A DNA stretch of 64,000 nt from Octopus sinensis (GCF_006345805.1 NW_021831824.1:728-64727); one strand, 5' to 3'; shown: positions 26,280 through 40,592, counted from the first letter of the stretch. A program made the numbers and translations. Notes: generated by a model not told the origin, from the letters alone.

Positions 26280-26470
26280 CCTTTCTATTATAGGGTTCAA
26301 GGCCTGAAATTTTGTTGGTGTTGTGGCTAGTCGCTTACATCTGACTCTACTGGTACTTATTTTATTGACCCCCGAAGTATGAAAGGAAAAGTCAACCTCG
26401 GCGAAATTTGAACTCAGAACATAGAGATGAACAAGCATGTTGTCCGATGAGGTAACGATTCTACCATCAT
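26278..26470 (-). mobile_element. Decayed family N SINE
   Basis: Core match after (AAT)n. Confidence 0.6.
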
Positions 26471-28933
26471 ACCAACTAAAACAGCATTGCGTACAGAGCA
26501 TCCATTTTGCTAGTGAAGTTGAAAGTAATGGTGCCAGGCCGTCCAAGAAACATCCCCAGGCTCTTACGAGTATTACCGAGTACTACAATGTATTACCGGG
26601 TTTTCTACTTCTCCCCACCACCTTTTTTTTTTGCAGGTAAAAATGGCCTTCCTGGAAAAGAGTGCCATTTTACAATTTTTTCTATCGAAGAGAAAAAAAA
26701 ACGCGTTTCCGAGTTAAAGGCCACTTTTTAACTATTTGAAACTTCTTGATAGTCATATTTCTGAATCCTAAAGCCAGAGCTCTCTTTTCATTCAGAAAAA
26801 CATCGATCAATGAGAGTAAAACAAATGGTGCATCTACCTATGACTTTGGGATACAAAACACGAAGCCAAGATGACGACAGAAATTTTCTCACCGTTGTTT
26901 GTGACGTACTTTTTTTCCATCAGCAAAAAATAGCAATGCGACAAAGATAACCTTGAATCGTTAGCACAGCTACTAACTAATAATATTCAAGGCTACTCTA
27001 GAATTTGGATACCATTTAGACATGCATTGCTATTGAGGTGTTTCCCCGCATCAAACACTCCTTCCTTAAGTCCTTACAGCAATCCTGAGATCAAGGTGTA
27101 ATTGCTAATATCAAGACCGGATAACTTCGGCATATTTATAAACAACCAGTTGAATAAACAGCCAGCCAAGATAAATAATCTCTCGGGAACTTTAGGAAAA
27201 CCTATTGTACCTAAAGGGGTTATAGGTATTTCAAAACAGATTAGGACGGGTTTGGACGAAGCTAAGACCAGAGAGAAACCGGGGTTGATTTTCGGGAATT
27301 TAACGAAAAGATGGTGCAATCCATCAGAAATGATATTATTGAATTGGATAATGAAGAGAAAATACAAAATGCCAATGTAAAAGTTTTTGAGGAATCAATA
27401 AAGTTTTTATGTTAAGAGTTTATTTATTGAAAACACTGAAGGAGTAAGAAGAGCAATGCATCCGAAATGCGCCTAAGTACCTTAGCGTAGAGTATCAAAA
27501 CAACAGAATGGATTCTTACTACTAAATTCCTAAGTAAAATTAGCTTACTGGTAATTTTATGGTGCTGTAGAAATATGTATCGATAGAATTGAGCTTCTGG
27601 TTGATCCAGGAATGATAAGCTCTCTTACAGGAGCAGATACAAATTATATTATGTCCCAGAAATTTACGCAGGGTCAAGATTCACCAACTAAGGGCGGCAC
27701 ACCAAAACCCAAGTAGAATCGAGGGGAGAGATGGCCCAACAGGACTTTCTGCTACATATATCAGATTACAGAGCTACGGAAATTTTGGACACGTTTACTG
27801 ACAATTATTCTTTATTAGGAAAGAGATGTGTTGTAGACATGATGTACTGTCAACGACAACTACTTTCTGATAAATGTCTCAAATCAGACAACATTTGTCA
27901 AACAACCAATGGGGGAGAGAGAAAAACATCATCGCCCCAAACATAATCTGTTATGGCTGGCCTTTTCAACTGAATTAACGCTAAGTAATTCACCTGATTA
28001 AGTTTAACTAGTTTCATAATTTTATCATAATATTATATCAACATGGTTTCTAATTTTATCTTAACATCAGAACAGAGAGTATCACAAGCTCTCTAGAGTT
28101 ACAGTGCTTCGTGTGAAAGCGATTCTTTGAAATATTTAACCATTTAGTAATGTCTGTCATTGTTCTCTATTTAAGTTAACAACTTTGTTACAAATAGCTT
28201 ACTGATTTATGTTATCTTTAATGCTTAGCATTTCTTGCTTCGTCTTCAACTTTTTTCTTTACATTCGTAATCAGAGCACACAACGAAGTAATACAACTTA
28301 TTCATATACGTGAATAATGTGGACGTCTGAATGTATGCATGTATGTATGTATGTATGTATGTATGTATGTATGTATGTATGTATGTATGTATGTATGTAT
28401 GTATGTATGTATGTATGTATGTATATATATGCATCATCTCTTTTCTACTGCACAGAACTTGGAAGTTGACGGGCGTTCTGATTTAGTGGTTGATATCATA
28501 GCTTATGAATTTTCCAGCGATGTATAGTTGCACATATATATATATATATATATATAATATATATATATATATGCAACTTTTACTTGTTTCAGTCATTTTT
28601 TTAAAAAACCCTGGTACTTATTCTCTCGGTCTCTTTTTGCCGAACCGCTAAGTTGCGGGGCACGTGAACACACCAAGACTGCTTGTCAAACGGTGACGTG
28701 GGGGAGAAACAGACACAGATATAAAGACACCATGCAGTGGGACTGAACCTGGAAGCATATGGGTCGGAAACATGCTTCTTACCACACAGCCAATCCTGCG
28801 CCTATATATATATATATATATATAACACATATGTACATATATATATATACTATATTATGTCGTATTATATTATATGCATATATATGCACACATGTGTGTA
28901 TATATGTATAATACTCTATTTTATATATCTCCA

Positions 28934-28991
<58 letters not shown>

Positions 28992-29143
28992 GTGTGTGTG
29001 TGTGTCCGTATGTGTGTGAACATGCGCGTCTGCGCGCTCTGCCTTTCATTTCGTTGCTGTGACAGGTTGTAAAGATATCTTGCTTTATGTTATATCTTCT
29101 CATCCTTCTGTTCCCTTTCAAACTTTAAATCGTCTCGCCTTTC

Positions 29144-29181
<38 letters not shown>

Positions 29182-29647
29182 ACACACACACACACACACC
29201 ACACACACACACACACACACAAACACACAAACACACACACACGTTACACAAACAAAACCACACATACTCACACATATTCATACAAGGAGAGCACACGGTA
29301 GGCGGTTGTTGGTACCGGCTGAAGGAGGGTCTCGTCTATTCAAATATGTAGCCACAAATTAGATATAACAATGACAGATAGTCGAAGCAGAACGTCCCTT
29401 TCTTAATCATCAGATCACAACGGATATATTGTCAGCTTAAGTAGAGACAATTTCACGCTCTATACAGCTACTGTTTCCATATTGCGAGTCACTAGAAAAG
29501 AAAAACGCTACGACGTAAACATGTCATGTGACAAGCAAAAGCAATAAGCAGACGTGCACAAACACACACACACATACATCATTCAGTTCAGGCAGGCTAA
29601 CACATACGAGGGGCTGTGATGATATATGTATGCGTATATGTATATAT

Positions 29648-29686
<39 letters not shown>

Positions 29687-29969
29687 TTTGTGTACATATA
29701 CAGTATATATATAAACATGGGCATATATGTATAAGCACATATGTATATACATATACATACGTATATACATATATATATAATACATATATCTATCTATCTA
29801 TGTATATATATATGTGTGTGTGTATGTATGTATGTGCATATATATATATATATTATATATATATATATAATATATATATATATACATATATATACACATA
29901 TATAATATATATATACATATGTATATGTATGTACGTACATCTATATGTATATATATATATATATGTGTG

Positions 29970-30014
<45 letters not shown>

Positions 30015-30035
30015 ATATGTGGGTACGGGACGTCA

Positions 30036-30480
30036 CGAAACGTGTACAACAAAAATATGAAGTACGAGTTCATGGAATATCAACAATTTTTTCGAACAAC
30101 GATAGACACAAATGGAAGACAACACAAACAACATAAAGAACGACCCTTCATCAGTTGTTGGCTGTTTTTTTACCCTCATATTTCGAGCATTTAACAACAA
30201 TTTACGCTTTCGATAAAGCAGTTGTTCCCGCAAAGCAACTTAAATAAAATTTGGGATTTTGCGGAGGGTTAAATTTGGTAACACAAACAGGACAGTGAAA
30301 GCAAACAGGAAGGGATGTTAAGCCTAAACGAGGTGGTGAACGCGTAAATCAAGCTTGGACAGGAGACAGACAAGAACACGTCTTCATTGATCCAGCTACA
30401 ACGGGAAGAAAGAAACACAAGTTAGAAGAAAGATGGCTGATGATCACGTTGGAGCCACGTGAGCAAGGTTGTAAAGAGCG
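30036..30480 (-). mobile_element. Probable Penelope-like terminal region
   Basis: Non-coding block between microsatellites with CTGATGAAG and CGAAA motifs on the minus strand. No convincing fold. Confidence 0.3.
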
Positions 30481-30749
30481 AGTGGAACAAACACATAAAC
30501 AAAGACACACACAAGATCACATGCTCACACACACGCACAGACACATACAGGTATATGTACGTTCATGTGTGCACTTTTGTACTAATATAGGCGCAGGACT
30601 GGCTGTGTGGTAAGAAGTTTGCTTCTCAACCAGATGGTTCTGGGTTCAGTCCCACTGCATTGCACCTTGAGAAGTGTTTTCTGCTATAGGTTCCAGATTA
30701 GGAAAAACTTATGATTTGGATTGGAAGAGGGAAACTGAAGAAAACTCGT

Positions 30750-30834
<85 letters not shown>

Positions 30835-31082
30835 GTGACTGTGTGTGTGTGTGTGTATTCTGAATGATTGATACGGAAGACAGTTTCCTAAGTACTCTGT
30901 CTTCCGTGTCAATAATTTTGAATATGCTCAACTTGCATCTAGTAATTCCTAATGTAGATCCAGCGACGAATATGCATTTACTGTGGATGACGCAAGGGAA
31001 CCATATGAGGTAAACGTATTCTGCCGGCACACTACTAGCGACATACCCAAAATACCGTGTGGATGCTAAATTTTAAATTTCA

Positions 31083-31280
31083 AGAGATGTATTTGCATAG
31101 CAAGTGACTTGACCTGAGAGCGTATGCTGAAACAAAAACAATAGCAGTGTGGAAAATGTCTGTAAGCCATTTAAAAACACACAAAAACCGTTAGATTCAC
31201 TTCAACATTTAAATTTAATTTGTCAAAATATTTTCGGCGCTTTGAAACCGCGACCTGTTCACTGACAAAATTCCGTGCTG
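31083..31280 (-). mobile_element. Penelope-like fragment (same family as 6262-6485)
   Basis: Reverse-complement similarity over about 200 bp. Confidence 0.65.
31219..31269 (-). ncRNA. Type I hammerhead-like motif with G3-C8 swapped core
   Basis: TTTGTCA-GTGAACA-GGTCGC(GGTTTCAAA)GCGCC-GAAA-ATAT-T-T-TGACAAA, with a 7-bp stem I and palindromic stem III. Confidence 0.6.
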
Positions 31281-31559
31281 CATTTTGTACATTTAAAGTA
31301 CCAGTAATGATAAGGTTGTTGACTGGGAGAACACAAACATGGTTTAAATAGTAAGCTTGGCAGGAAAGAAACGTGACTTTAAGCAGTACAAAAACAACAA
31401 AAAATGGAAGGTGCAGTTATGTACAGGTTGACGGAAGAAAAGCAGGACGAAAACGGCTTTATCGATCGCATTCTCACCTGGAATCGATTTTTGTAATTTT
31501 TTCAAGACTTATACACGCCCTAATACCGTCAGTATCTACATATTAAATTTGAGCGCAAT

Positions 31560-31770
31560 CGGGTGGAGGATGCCCGAGATCCTAGAAAACTCACACACAG
31601 ACAGACTGAACGGATTTTATATAAGAGGTATTCCCCTCTCAGAATCAGATACTTGTTGCAGTGGTCCTTCAGTTTTTCTAAGCTCTGTAAAAGAACATCG
31701 GAAGGTTGGGTCTTCAGCCAAGCTTTTTGCGATGCCCTTAGAACCAGGAATTCTTTAGTACTCCCCCATT
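31560..31770 (-). mobile_element. Mariner-derived non-autonomous remnant
   Basis: AWLKTQPSDVLLQSLEKLKDHCNKYLILRGEYL resembles the mariner transposase C-terminus. Confidence 0.6.
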
Positions 31771-32536
31771 TGCATGCATGTATGTATGTATGTATGTATG
31801 TATGTATGTATGTATGTATGTATGTATGCATGCGTGCATGCATGTATGTATGTATGTATGTATGTGTGTGTATGTATGTATGTATGTGTGTATGTATGTA
31901 TGTGTGTGTATGTATGTATGTGTGTATGTATGTATGTATGTGTGTATGTATGTGTGTATGTATGTGTGTATGTATGTGTGTATGTATGTATGTGTATGTA
32001 TGTATGTATGTATGTATGTATGTATGTATGTATGTGTGTGTATATATATATAGAGAGAGAGGGAGAGAGAGAGACGGAGAGTAAGATACAGACAGACAGA
32101 TAAAAGCAGATAGACAGACAGACAGACAGATAAAAGCAGATAGACAGACAGACAGACAGAAACAGATAGACAGACAGACTGCAGCAGGTAGCCAGCCAAT
32201 AAACGAACGAACCGTCTGCCAGTCAGACAGATAGAGCCATCGATCCACATCTATCAAGATGTACACAAATACAAAAATAAAAATGTGTGGGTGCCTGGTT
32301 GTAGAAAAGAACAAAAATAATGAATATTTTACAAAAAACATATACAAACGAAATATTTAATATTTATTTACGCGGTGTTTAATAGAAACACATATATATA
32401 TACACAAAACACATGCAGCCACTTGCAGTCACTGAGTTAATCAAACGCACCCATGCATTCACACCGACTTTCTAACATATATATACACACGTACAAATCG
32501 AAAAACTCAGATAAACAAGATATATGTATATATATA

Positions 32537-32825
32537 TATCTATACAATAATATGTTACATTACTCGATAGTCAAGATAAAACTCTGAGTTTCAGATGCTG
32601 AAGTGGGAATCCACGACATCTCTTCGGTTATCTGGCTATTTGAAAACTATTTTCAAATAGCCAGATAACCGAAGAGATGTCGTGGATTCCCACTTCGGCA
32701 TCTGAAACTCAGAGTTTTATCTTGACTATCGAGTAATGTAACATATTATTGTATAGATAAATTTCCTCTATTTACATAATATTGAGGTCTCTTTCTTTCT
32801 TTTGTTATCTTACCGTTTTACCAAT
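32537..32825 (+). mobile_element. Near-perfect fold-back insertion in (TA)n with 3' tail
   Basis: 110-bp arms (32537-32646 and 32650-32759), 3-nt loop CTA and one mismatch, then an unpaired tail to TA. Confidence 0.85.
32664..32721 (+). ncRNA. Type I hammerhead-like motif, U4C core variant (mirror copy on minus at 32575-32632)
   Basis: GATAA-CCGAAGA-GATGTCG...CGGCATC-T-GAAA-CTC(A)GAG-T-T-TTATC. Confidence 0.55.
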
Positions 32826-33067
32826 ATATATATATACATACATACATATAATATGCTTATGTGAGATTGTATATTATATACTAATATCAACCTACATATA
32901 TAATATATATATATATATATATATAATACACACACACACACTCATTTAGATTGTTGACTTTTTCCATCCAAAAGGGATTTTCAACCCAATATTTAAAAGC
33001 TGTATTATTTATGGTTTTATATGTGCTTCGAGAACTACTATTCCCAATACTATATATAGTCGATACA

Positions 33068-33123
<56 letters not shown>

Positions 33124-33264
33124 AGCATGGCCGCAGTCGAATGACAAACAAATAAATGAATAAAAGAAAAATTATGTTCTTTTATACACACAACACACAC
33201 ACACATATACATATAAATATATACATATATTATATATACACAATATATACATATGTTTATACAC

Positions 33265-33353
<89 letters not shown>

Positions 33354-33757
33354 CACATGCATATATTCACACTCATTCATGCTACGTGTGTGTGTGTCTG
33401 TGCGTATGGTTGTGTAGTATTTGCAATCAAATTGACTTCAAAGAGGGACTGAGTGTGTGTAAGTGAAGTGTACAGTAAACTCACAGCTGTAAGACATGAC
33501 TAATAGATGTATGACATATGTACGTTGGCACTCGCACCTCTACTTTGTTGACAGTGTAAAACAGCATTCCTTCTTATTGAAAATAGATGTATTTACACAT
33601 ACCTGGTGTTGGTTGAATGACAAACAGTTGAACATTTATGAAGGGGTAACGCTACTACTATTTCTCATCCTCACCAAAAAACGTATATCTACAAAAACGT
33701 ACACATATATATATATTCATGCATACATATATGTATGTACGTATCTCTCTCTCTTTC

Positions 33758-34164
33758 TCTTTACTAGTTTCAGTCATTTGACTGCGGCCATGCTAGAGCA
33801 CCGCCTTTAGTCGAGCAACTCGACCCCGGGACTTATTCTTATTGTAAGCTCAGTACTTATTCTATCGGTCTCTTTTTGCTGAACCGCTAAGTGACGGGGA
33901 CATAAACACACCAGCATCGATTGTCAAGCAATGCTAGGGGGACAAACACAGGCACACAAACATATATACACACACATACATATACATATATACATATATA
34001 CGACGGGCTTCTTTCTGTTTCCGTCTACCAAATCCACTCACAAGGCTTTGGTCGGCCCTGAGGCTATAGTAGAAGACACTTGCCCAAGGTGCCACGAAGT
34101 GGAACTGAATCCGGAACCATGTGGTTGGTAAACAAGCTACTTACCACACAGCCATTCCTGCGCC
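33758..34164 (-). mobile_element. Full-length family C SINE
   Basis: Matches 3928-4325 end to end. Confidence 0.8.
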
Positions 34165-34194
34165 AGTATGTATATATATATATATATGCGTGTG

Positions 34195-34227
<33 letters not shown>

Positions 34228-34549
34228 AACATGGTACCATTAAAAACAAGGCAAGTTTTAGCCACTTCTCCGCAGACTGAAAAAAAAATGATGCATAACC
34301 TTTATTGATTTTCGAATCTTATTGGGTTCTCATTAGAGGCTCCTATATCTTCCTAACAATCTCTGGATAACCAAGCAGCCTAGCTGTTTATATTCTCGAC
34401 AAATGCAGCAGTTTACTCTTTAAAGGGGCCCCTAATTTGCATACCGAAAGTATTTCCCACTCTAGGGATTTCCCTGCGTTGCGTGAGTAATGCTTTCTTG
34501 AAATCGTCATCGTAACGCGGAATTTCATATCACAAAATGTGACTGGTTT

Positions 34550-34800
34550 CAGATGATAATAGGCCTTGAATTTAGCTATCACAGCTTGATCCATTGGCGG
34601 TTGCAGTGTCTAAAAGAAGCAACGTTTTGTTGTAAATATTGAGTTTGACACTTTACCTTTCTACAAACCAACTCATCGAGTAGGCTCTTACCCATCCATA
34701 GTTTCTGTCTTTGAACGCCAAAACAGACGTAGCTTAAACTTTGAATAACCAGTCAAAACCCTTGATTTTTCGGAGTGACACGTAATTAGAAGCTATTAGT
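34550..34800 (-). mobile_element. Tigger/pogo DDE transposase remnant
   Basis: CHSEKSRVLTGYSKFKLRLFWRS, LLLLD and PMDQAVIAKFKAYY in the expected order, with deletions. Confidence 0.75.
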
Positions 34801-35244
34801 GTTAAATATAAAAATACAAAGCTTTTAAAATTTCAGTTTGACAAATCTTTCCACCCGTAAATACAATTATGATTTACTGGTTACGCTTAAGAACGATAGT
34901 ACTTAGTGGATCGTGAACGATGAGATCGGTGCTTGTGACTGATGAAGTGCAACCACGGTGAAATTCGTGTGTTAAAGTTACATGACGTCATTCATAGTCG
35001 AAACCGGTGTGTTCTTGCGTAGACAGTTTATGATGAGAATAGGTTTTGTGAGACAGTTTTACCAATGTTAATGTGTTTCTAAGTTTGAAGACGCACGAAC
35101 TTATTAAATAGAAATTTTTACCCTCGTTTCTTAGTGTGTTTCATCAATGATCCTTCAAGGTTTGTTTCATCAAATGCAGAATTTTTCTTCGAAGACATTC
35201 ATTTTTTTTTAGTATTGTTGTCACATACATAATTTTTGTAAATA

Positions 35245-35406
35245 GACCCAGGAATGGCTATGTTGTAAGAAGCTTGCTTCTCAACTACATGGTTCCGGGT
35301 TCAGTCCTACTTACGTGACACCTTGGGCAAGTGTCTTCTATTTATAGCCTCGAGCCGACTAAACTCTTGAGAGTGAATTTGGTAGCCGGAAACTGAAAGA
35401 ATCCCG

Positions 35407-35473
<67 letters not shown>

Positions 35474-35525
35474 TGCATTTATGTATGTATTTGTGTGTCT
35501 GTGTTTGTCCCCTACCATCGGTTGA
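35245..35525 (+). mobile_element. Family C SINE, partial
   Basis: Head, core and expanded internal microsatellite. Confidence 0.65.
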
Positions 35526-36197
35526 AAGAAAATAAAATTATTTTCAATATTTTATCATAATTATTTGATACAAACGAATCTACAATTAACTCTTTTATTA
35601 AGTACTGAGTACATTAAATGAAAGCACATTATGGACTAAGTAAAAAAAGGGAATCACTTAATAATGCGAACCTTGTGTCTAACATCTATAGCACCTCGCT
35701 CCACCACAATTTTCCCAGCCCACCGGTGGGGCATATTCTCCACGCTGAGAATCACTGATCTGGAGAGTATCAATCTGAACTGATTATCAAAGATATACTC
35801 TATAAAGTATGATGTATTGCAAGTTTTTGACCGTATTCAATACTTTCAGTACTACTGAAGAAAAATAGAACGAATTTTGTATTGCATAACCTATAATCTT
35901 CTCATTCAAACGATCTTCCCCTAAGCAAAATTAGTATTTCTGTCTGAAAAACTGCGGTCTTATACATACATACACATGTGTGTGCGCGCAGTTGTGTGTG
36001 TGTACCTTTTCCAAACGAGGTATCTGTAATACCATACTGTTAAACTGGATTTATTTTTATCAAACTGAATCATGTATAATCCATATCTTATTAACGACGT
36101 GTTTAAAATTCCCTAAAATCAATATAATATAATTTGTTTAAAATTATAAACTTGGCACCAGGAACAAAGTTCTCAGAGAGCACACAAAATACTATCT

Positions 36198-36370
36198 TTT
36201 ATTCTTTTACTTGTTTCAGTCATTTGACTGCGGCCATGCTGGAGCACCGCCTTTAGTCGAGAAAATTGACCCCAAGACTTATTCTTTGAAAGCCTAGTAC
36301 TTATTCTAACGTTCGCTTTTGCCGAACTGCTAATTTACAGGGACGTAAACAAACCACCATCGGTTGTCAA
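36198..36370 (-). mobile_element. Family C SINE, 3' half
   Basis: Tail match. Confidence 0.7.
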
Positions 36371-36972
36371 AAGGAATAAAACGAACATCAGATTTGTTCT
36401 TGAAATATTTCCTTTCCATGAGGTAACATGTGCATTAAGATGTCAATCATGTCAGATGATTTATGTTTGATCGATTTGGAATTAGTAATAATAAGTGATT
36501 GACAGTTTTACAATTGTAAAAATACATATATTCATTCAATATTCATTCTATTTAGTATTTTCATCTTTGATATATGTAGCTTCCTTGATCAATTTAAATA
36601 ACTTAAAATAATATGTATATATATACATGTATGCATACGCTCTGCTATTATTAAAGCAAAATATTTTGACTAAATTATTTGTACATTTGACTTTAGTCAA
36701 AGTTACTCCACGTTTATCTCTGAAATATTCATTTGAAATACGTCAAGGATTAAACATTACCACCATCACCCAAACAAAGAGTTAAGTTCAAAAGAAAGTA
36801 ATACAATTAGTCAAGACACAATTATTTCAAGTCATACTCTTTGTATATTTGCACAAAAACATAAACTATATATATATCTATCAGTCTGTCTGTCTACCTA
36901 TCTCTCCCTCCTCCTCTTCTCTCTCTCTTTCTCTTTCTCGCCTCTGTGCATATATATATATATTATACACAT

Positions 36973-37126
36973 AGGCGCAGGAATGGCTGTGTAGTAAGAA
37001 GCTTGCTTCCCAACCACATGGTCCGGATTCAATCCAACTACGTAGCACCTTCGGTAAGTGTCTTTTACTCTAGCCTCACGCTATATAAATACTTGTGAGT
37101 AGAATTGAGAGTGAAAGAGGCCCGTC

Positions 37127-37174
<48 letters not shown>

Positions 37175-37227
37175 GTCGAATCGTTCGCCTAAAAACATTC
37201 AATCCAATGACTGAAACAAGTAAAAGA
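36973..37227 (+). mobile_element. Family C SINE, decayed and internally deleted
   Basis: Head, core and ATGACTGAAACAAGTAAAAGA tail. Confidence 0.6.
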
Positions 37228-37434
37228 TATCAAAAGATTCTATGTATGTATATAAAAATACATACATATACTTGCACACGCACACATACACACACACATT
37301 CACACGCGCATGCACATGGATTATTTTCGGGAGGAGATTGTGATTTGTGTGTGCGTGTGTATACAATTATATTGCAAGATACATTTATCAATATATACAT
37401 ACATAGTTATACGTATACTTGTGCATGGCATGAT

Positions 37435-37465
<31 letters not shown>

Positions 37466-37960
37466 TAGATAGATAGGTACTACGTACGTACAAACATACA
37501 TACATACATACATACGTACATACATACATACATACATACATACATACATACATACATACATACATACATACATACATACATACATACATACATACATACA
37601 TACATACATACACACACACATACATGCGCGCAATTGCAAATATTGAATGACCGGAATTTGTGAGCCTAGTGAAATCTGCAAACAACCAGTCATCATCGAC
37701 GCTCATCAAATAGCGTACAGCCGACCTGGGAGGTCCTCTTGTAGTCTGGGTTATGTTACGAAGGGTATGGCGTATTTTCTACTAAGGTCAGATTGATATA
37801 TTGATATTTGGAACAGTCTTTGAGAATACTCAGTGAAATATTTACAATAAAATAGGCAAGAACTCTCTATGTCCGACTATAATTGGTGGTCAGTCACAGG
37901 CGAATAAATATATCAAGCGTATATGTATATATATATATAAACATGCATATATATATATGC

Positions 37961-38061
<101 letters not shown>

Positions 38062-38082
38062 GTATATGTATATGTATATATA

Positions 38083-38437
38083 AAATTGAATAAGGGTAGA
38101 AATTGATATTAATCAATTAAAACAAGTGGCCTAGCATATTAAAAAAATCCGAAGATTAAAATATTTTTTTTACATACAAAATTTAAAGGACTGACCACTA
38201 AAAGTGGACAGTCAATATGCTAGATATAGACGTCAAAATCGCTATTTTCCACGAAGAATGTGTTCTCAAGAAAAAAAGTCAACCAAAAACCAAAGTGTAA
38301 AAAATAAGCAAGACTTTGGTCTTTTGCTGAGTTTTTTCTTGAGAACACATTTTTCGTGGAAAATAGCGATTTTGACGTCTATATCTAGCATATTGACTGT
38401 CCACTTTTAGTGGTCAGTCCTTTAAATTTTGTATGTA
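38083..38437 (-). mobile_element. Fold-back insertion in (TA)n
   Basis: Arms of about 125 bp (38171-38296 and 38313-38437), 16-bp spacer, and an unpaired tail on the left. Confidence 0.8.
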
Positions 38438-38667
38438 TATATATAATAGAAGACACTTGCCCAAAGTACCATGCAGTGGATTCAAACGTAGTTTCAAAAC
38501 CTTGCTTACTTTTAACTCAGCCGGATATATATTAATATTTAAATAGGTGATCGTTCAACAACTGGGGGTCATGAGGAGTTGAAGTGTGTGTGTTTATGCG
38601 TGTGTGTGTGTACCACAGAAGAATAAAATGGAATGATTAGGACAAGAAGGAACACATGGGAGGAAGA

Positions 38668-38710
38668 GTCACTGATGAAGTCACAGGATGTGTGACGAAA
38701 GAACTTTGAC
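38668..38710 (+). ncRNA. Minimal type I hammerhead motif with canonical core, inside a Penelope-like fragment (about 38560-38815)
   Basis: GTCA-CTGATGA-A-GTCACA(GGATG)TGTGAC-GAAA-G(AA)C-T-T-TGAC. Confidence 0.7.
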
Positions 38711-38825
38711 AGACGTGTAAGGTAAAAATAATACGAATAAGAACTAAAGTGAAGATCAAATAAATAATGCGTGTTTAATTGGTAACAAAATTAGCATCCC
38801 GAAGTTTAATAATATATACACATAT

Positions 38826-38869
<44 letters not shown>

Positions 38870-39390
38870 CACACACATGCACCCACATATATATGTATAT
38901 CTATATATAGATACGCATATGAGGTGTGAGAGAGATAGACGTAGTGTGGTGTATATGCAAGCATGTGTAAGAGTGTGTAGACTGGATAATTTTTTGATTT
39001 AATCTGAAAATATTAATCTCATCTGATGTTAGTAAACATCAAATCTCCGTCTTCAGTAATTCTATTAAATAGCTATTCCGGGTGGCGGTAGAGAAGAGGA
39101 GAGGAGAGGGAGATAATATTTATGTACTACATATCCTGGTAAAGTTTATGAAAGCGCAGATAGGAAGAGTTAATTACTCTTGACATGTGCCAATTATGTT
39201 ATCATTCTTCGTCATAAATATACGTTTCTATTTTCAATGGTTTATTCTGCCTCACTGCCAGCATTTCGAAGACAGAGCAGAGATATTTAACGTATTAGCA
39301 GTAAGGAATGCTTAGAAGAATGTTTGTTTTACTTCAAAACTGCTATTTGTAATTTGTTCATGCTGTAATTGTTATATTATTTACATGATC

Positions 39391-39787
39391 ATTTTGTTGT
39401 ATTTCGGGAGGGTCATTATGTTATTAATTAACACACACACTGCCTCTGTTTCACTACTTTGTCTTTATTTGTCAATTGCTTCACTATTTAACCGTTTAAT
39501 TATTCGATTGTTTGATTGATAGTTCGGTGAATCAATCAGATAAGTTTATCAAAGTCTTTTCGTTGCCGTACGCGCCATAGCCTCTGTAATCCACGTCTGC
39601 TTAGCTGACTAATTGGTTGATTGATTGATTGATTGATTGATTGAGTGATTGATTGACCGAGCGATTAGTCAAATGATCGATTAGTTAATTGGTTAAATGG
39701 TTAGCCAATTGTCAAATAAATATATAGAAATGAAATAGAACCAATGCGTGTGTTTGACTTAATGACCCTCCCAAAATAAAACAAAAT
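39391..39787. repeat. Old inverted repeat enclosing (GATT)n
   Basis: ATTTTGTTGTATTTCGGGAGGGTCATTA pairs with TAATGACCCTCCCAAAATAAAACAAAAT, with weaker pairing further inward. Confidence 0.6.
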
Positions 39788-40209
39788 ATGTTCTCAACCT
39801 ACGAGTCAAGAATCATACAAGCCAAACACTAAAACGAGATATTCACATTGTTATTCTCATTATTTCACTAACTTTATATTATTATTTGGGTGCGTATGGC
39901 GATGCTACCTCACGTAAATGAGCCATTTCTCAACCTGCGTGTGTAGGCTGAGAGAGAGAGAGAGGCGCCTCACTCTGGTATCCTTGATGGTAAGTGATCA
40001 AGAATTGGTGAGTTTCCTTGCTTACCTCTGAATGGTACTCCTTCTATTTTATTGTAATCAATTTTCTTGTGAATTATTATTGTGTTGTTTAAACGAGTAT
40101 ATGCAAACCCCTACTGTTCTTCGTCTTCGTATTGTCCAGACTGCTTTTGCTGCCCTTGTGGTCAATAAATAAATAGTATTATGATTATTGTTGCTACTGT
40201 TGTTGTTGT

Positions 40210-40425
40210 TGGCGAGCTGGAAGGATCGTTAGCACCCTAGGCGAAATGCTTAGCGGAACTTCGTCAGCCGTTACATTCTGAGTTCAAACTACCCCGAGGT
40301 CGACTTTGCATGTCATATTTTCGGGGTCGATTAAATAACTACCAGTTACGCACTAGGGTTGATGTAATCGACCTAATCCCTTCCCCAAAATTTGAGGCCT
40401 TGTGCTTCCACTAGAAAGAATTATC
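40210..40425 (+). mobile_element. Family N SINE
   Basis: Head, core and tail leading into (CAT)/(TAT)n. Confidence 0.75.
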
Positions 40426-40443
40426 ATCATCAACATCATCATG

Positions 40444-40502
<59 letters not shown>

Positions 40503-40592
40503 CTCAAATTTATAAGAGTCACAATTCTTATATTAATAGGGGTTTTAATACTTACGTTCATTTTTAACGACCATGTATATATATATATATAT

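Noticed and set aside
30080-30215. Hammerhead around CTGATGA at 30148-30154 (minus)
   Set aside because: Stems II and III could not be formed convincingly.
34945-35012. CTGATGAAG and GTCGAAACCGGT hammerhead-like halves
   Set aside because: No stem I or II joins them, so at best a decayed relic.
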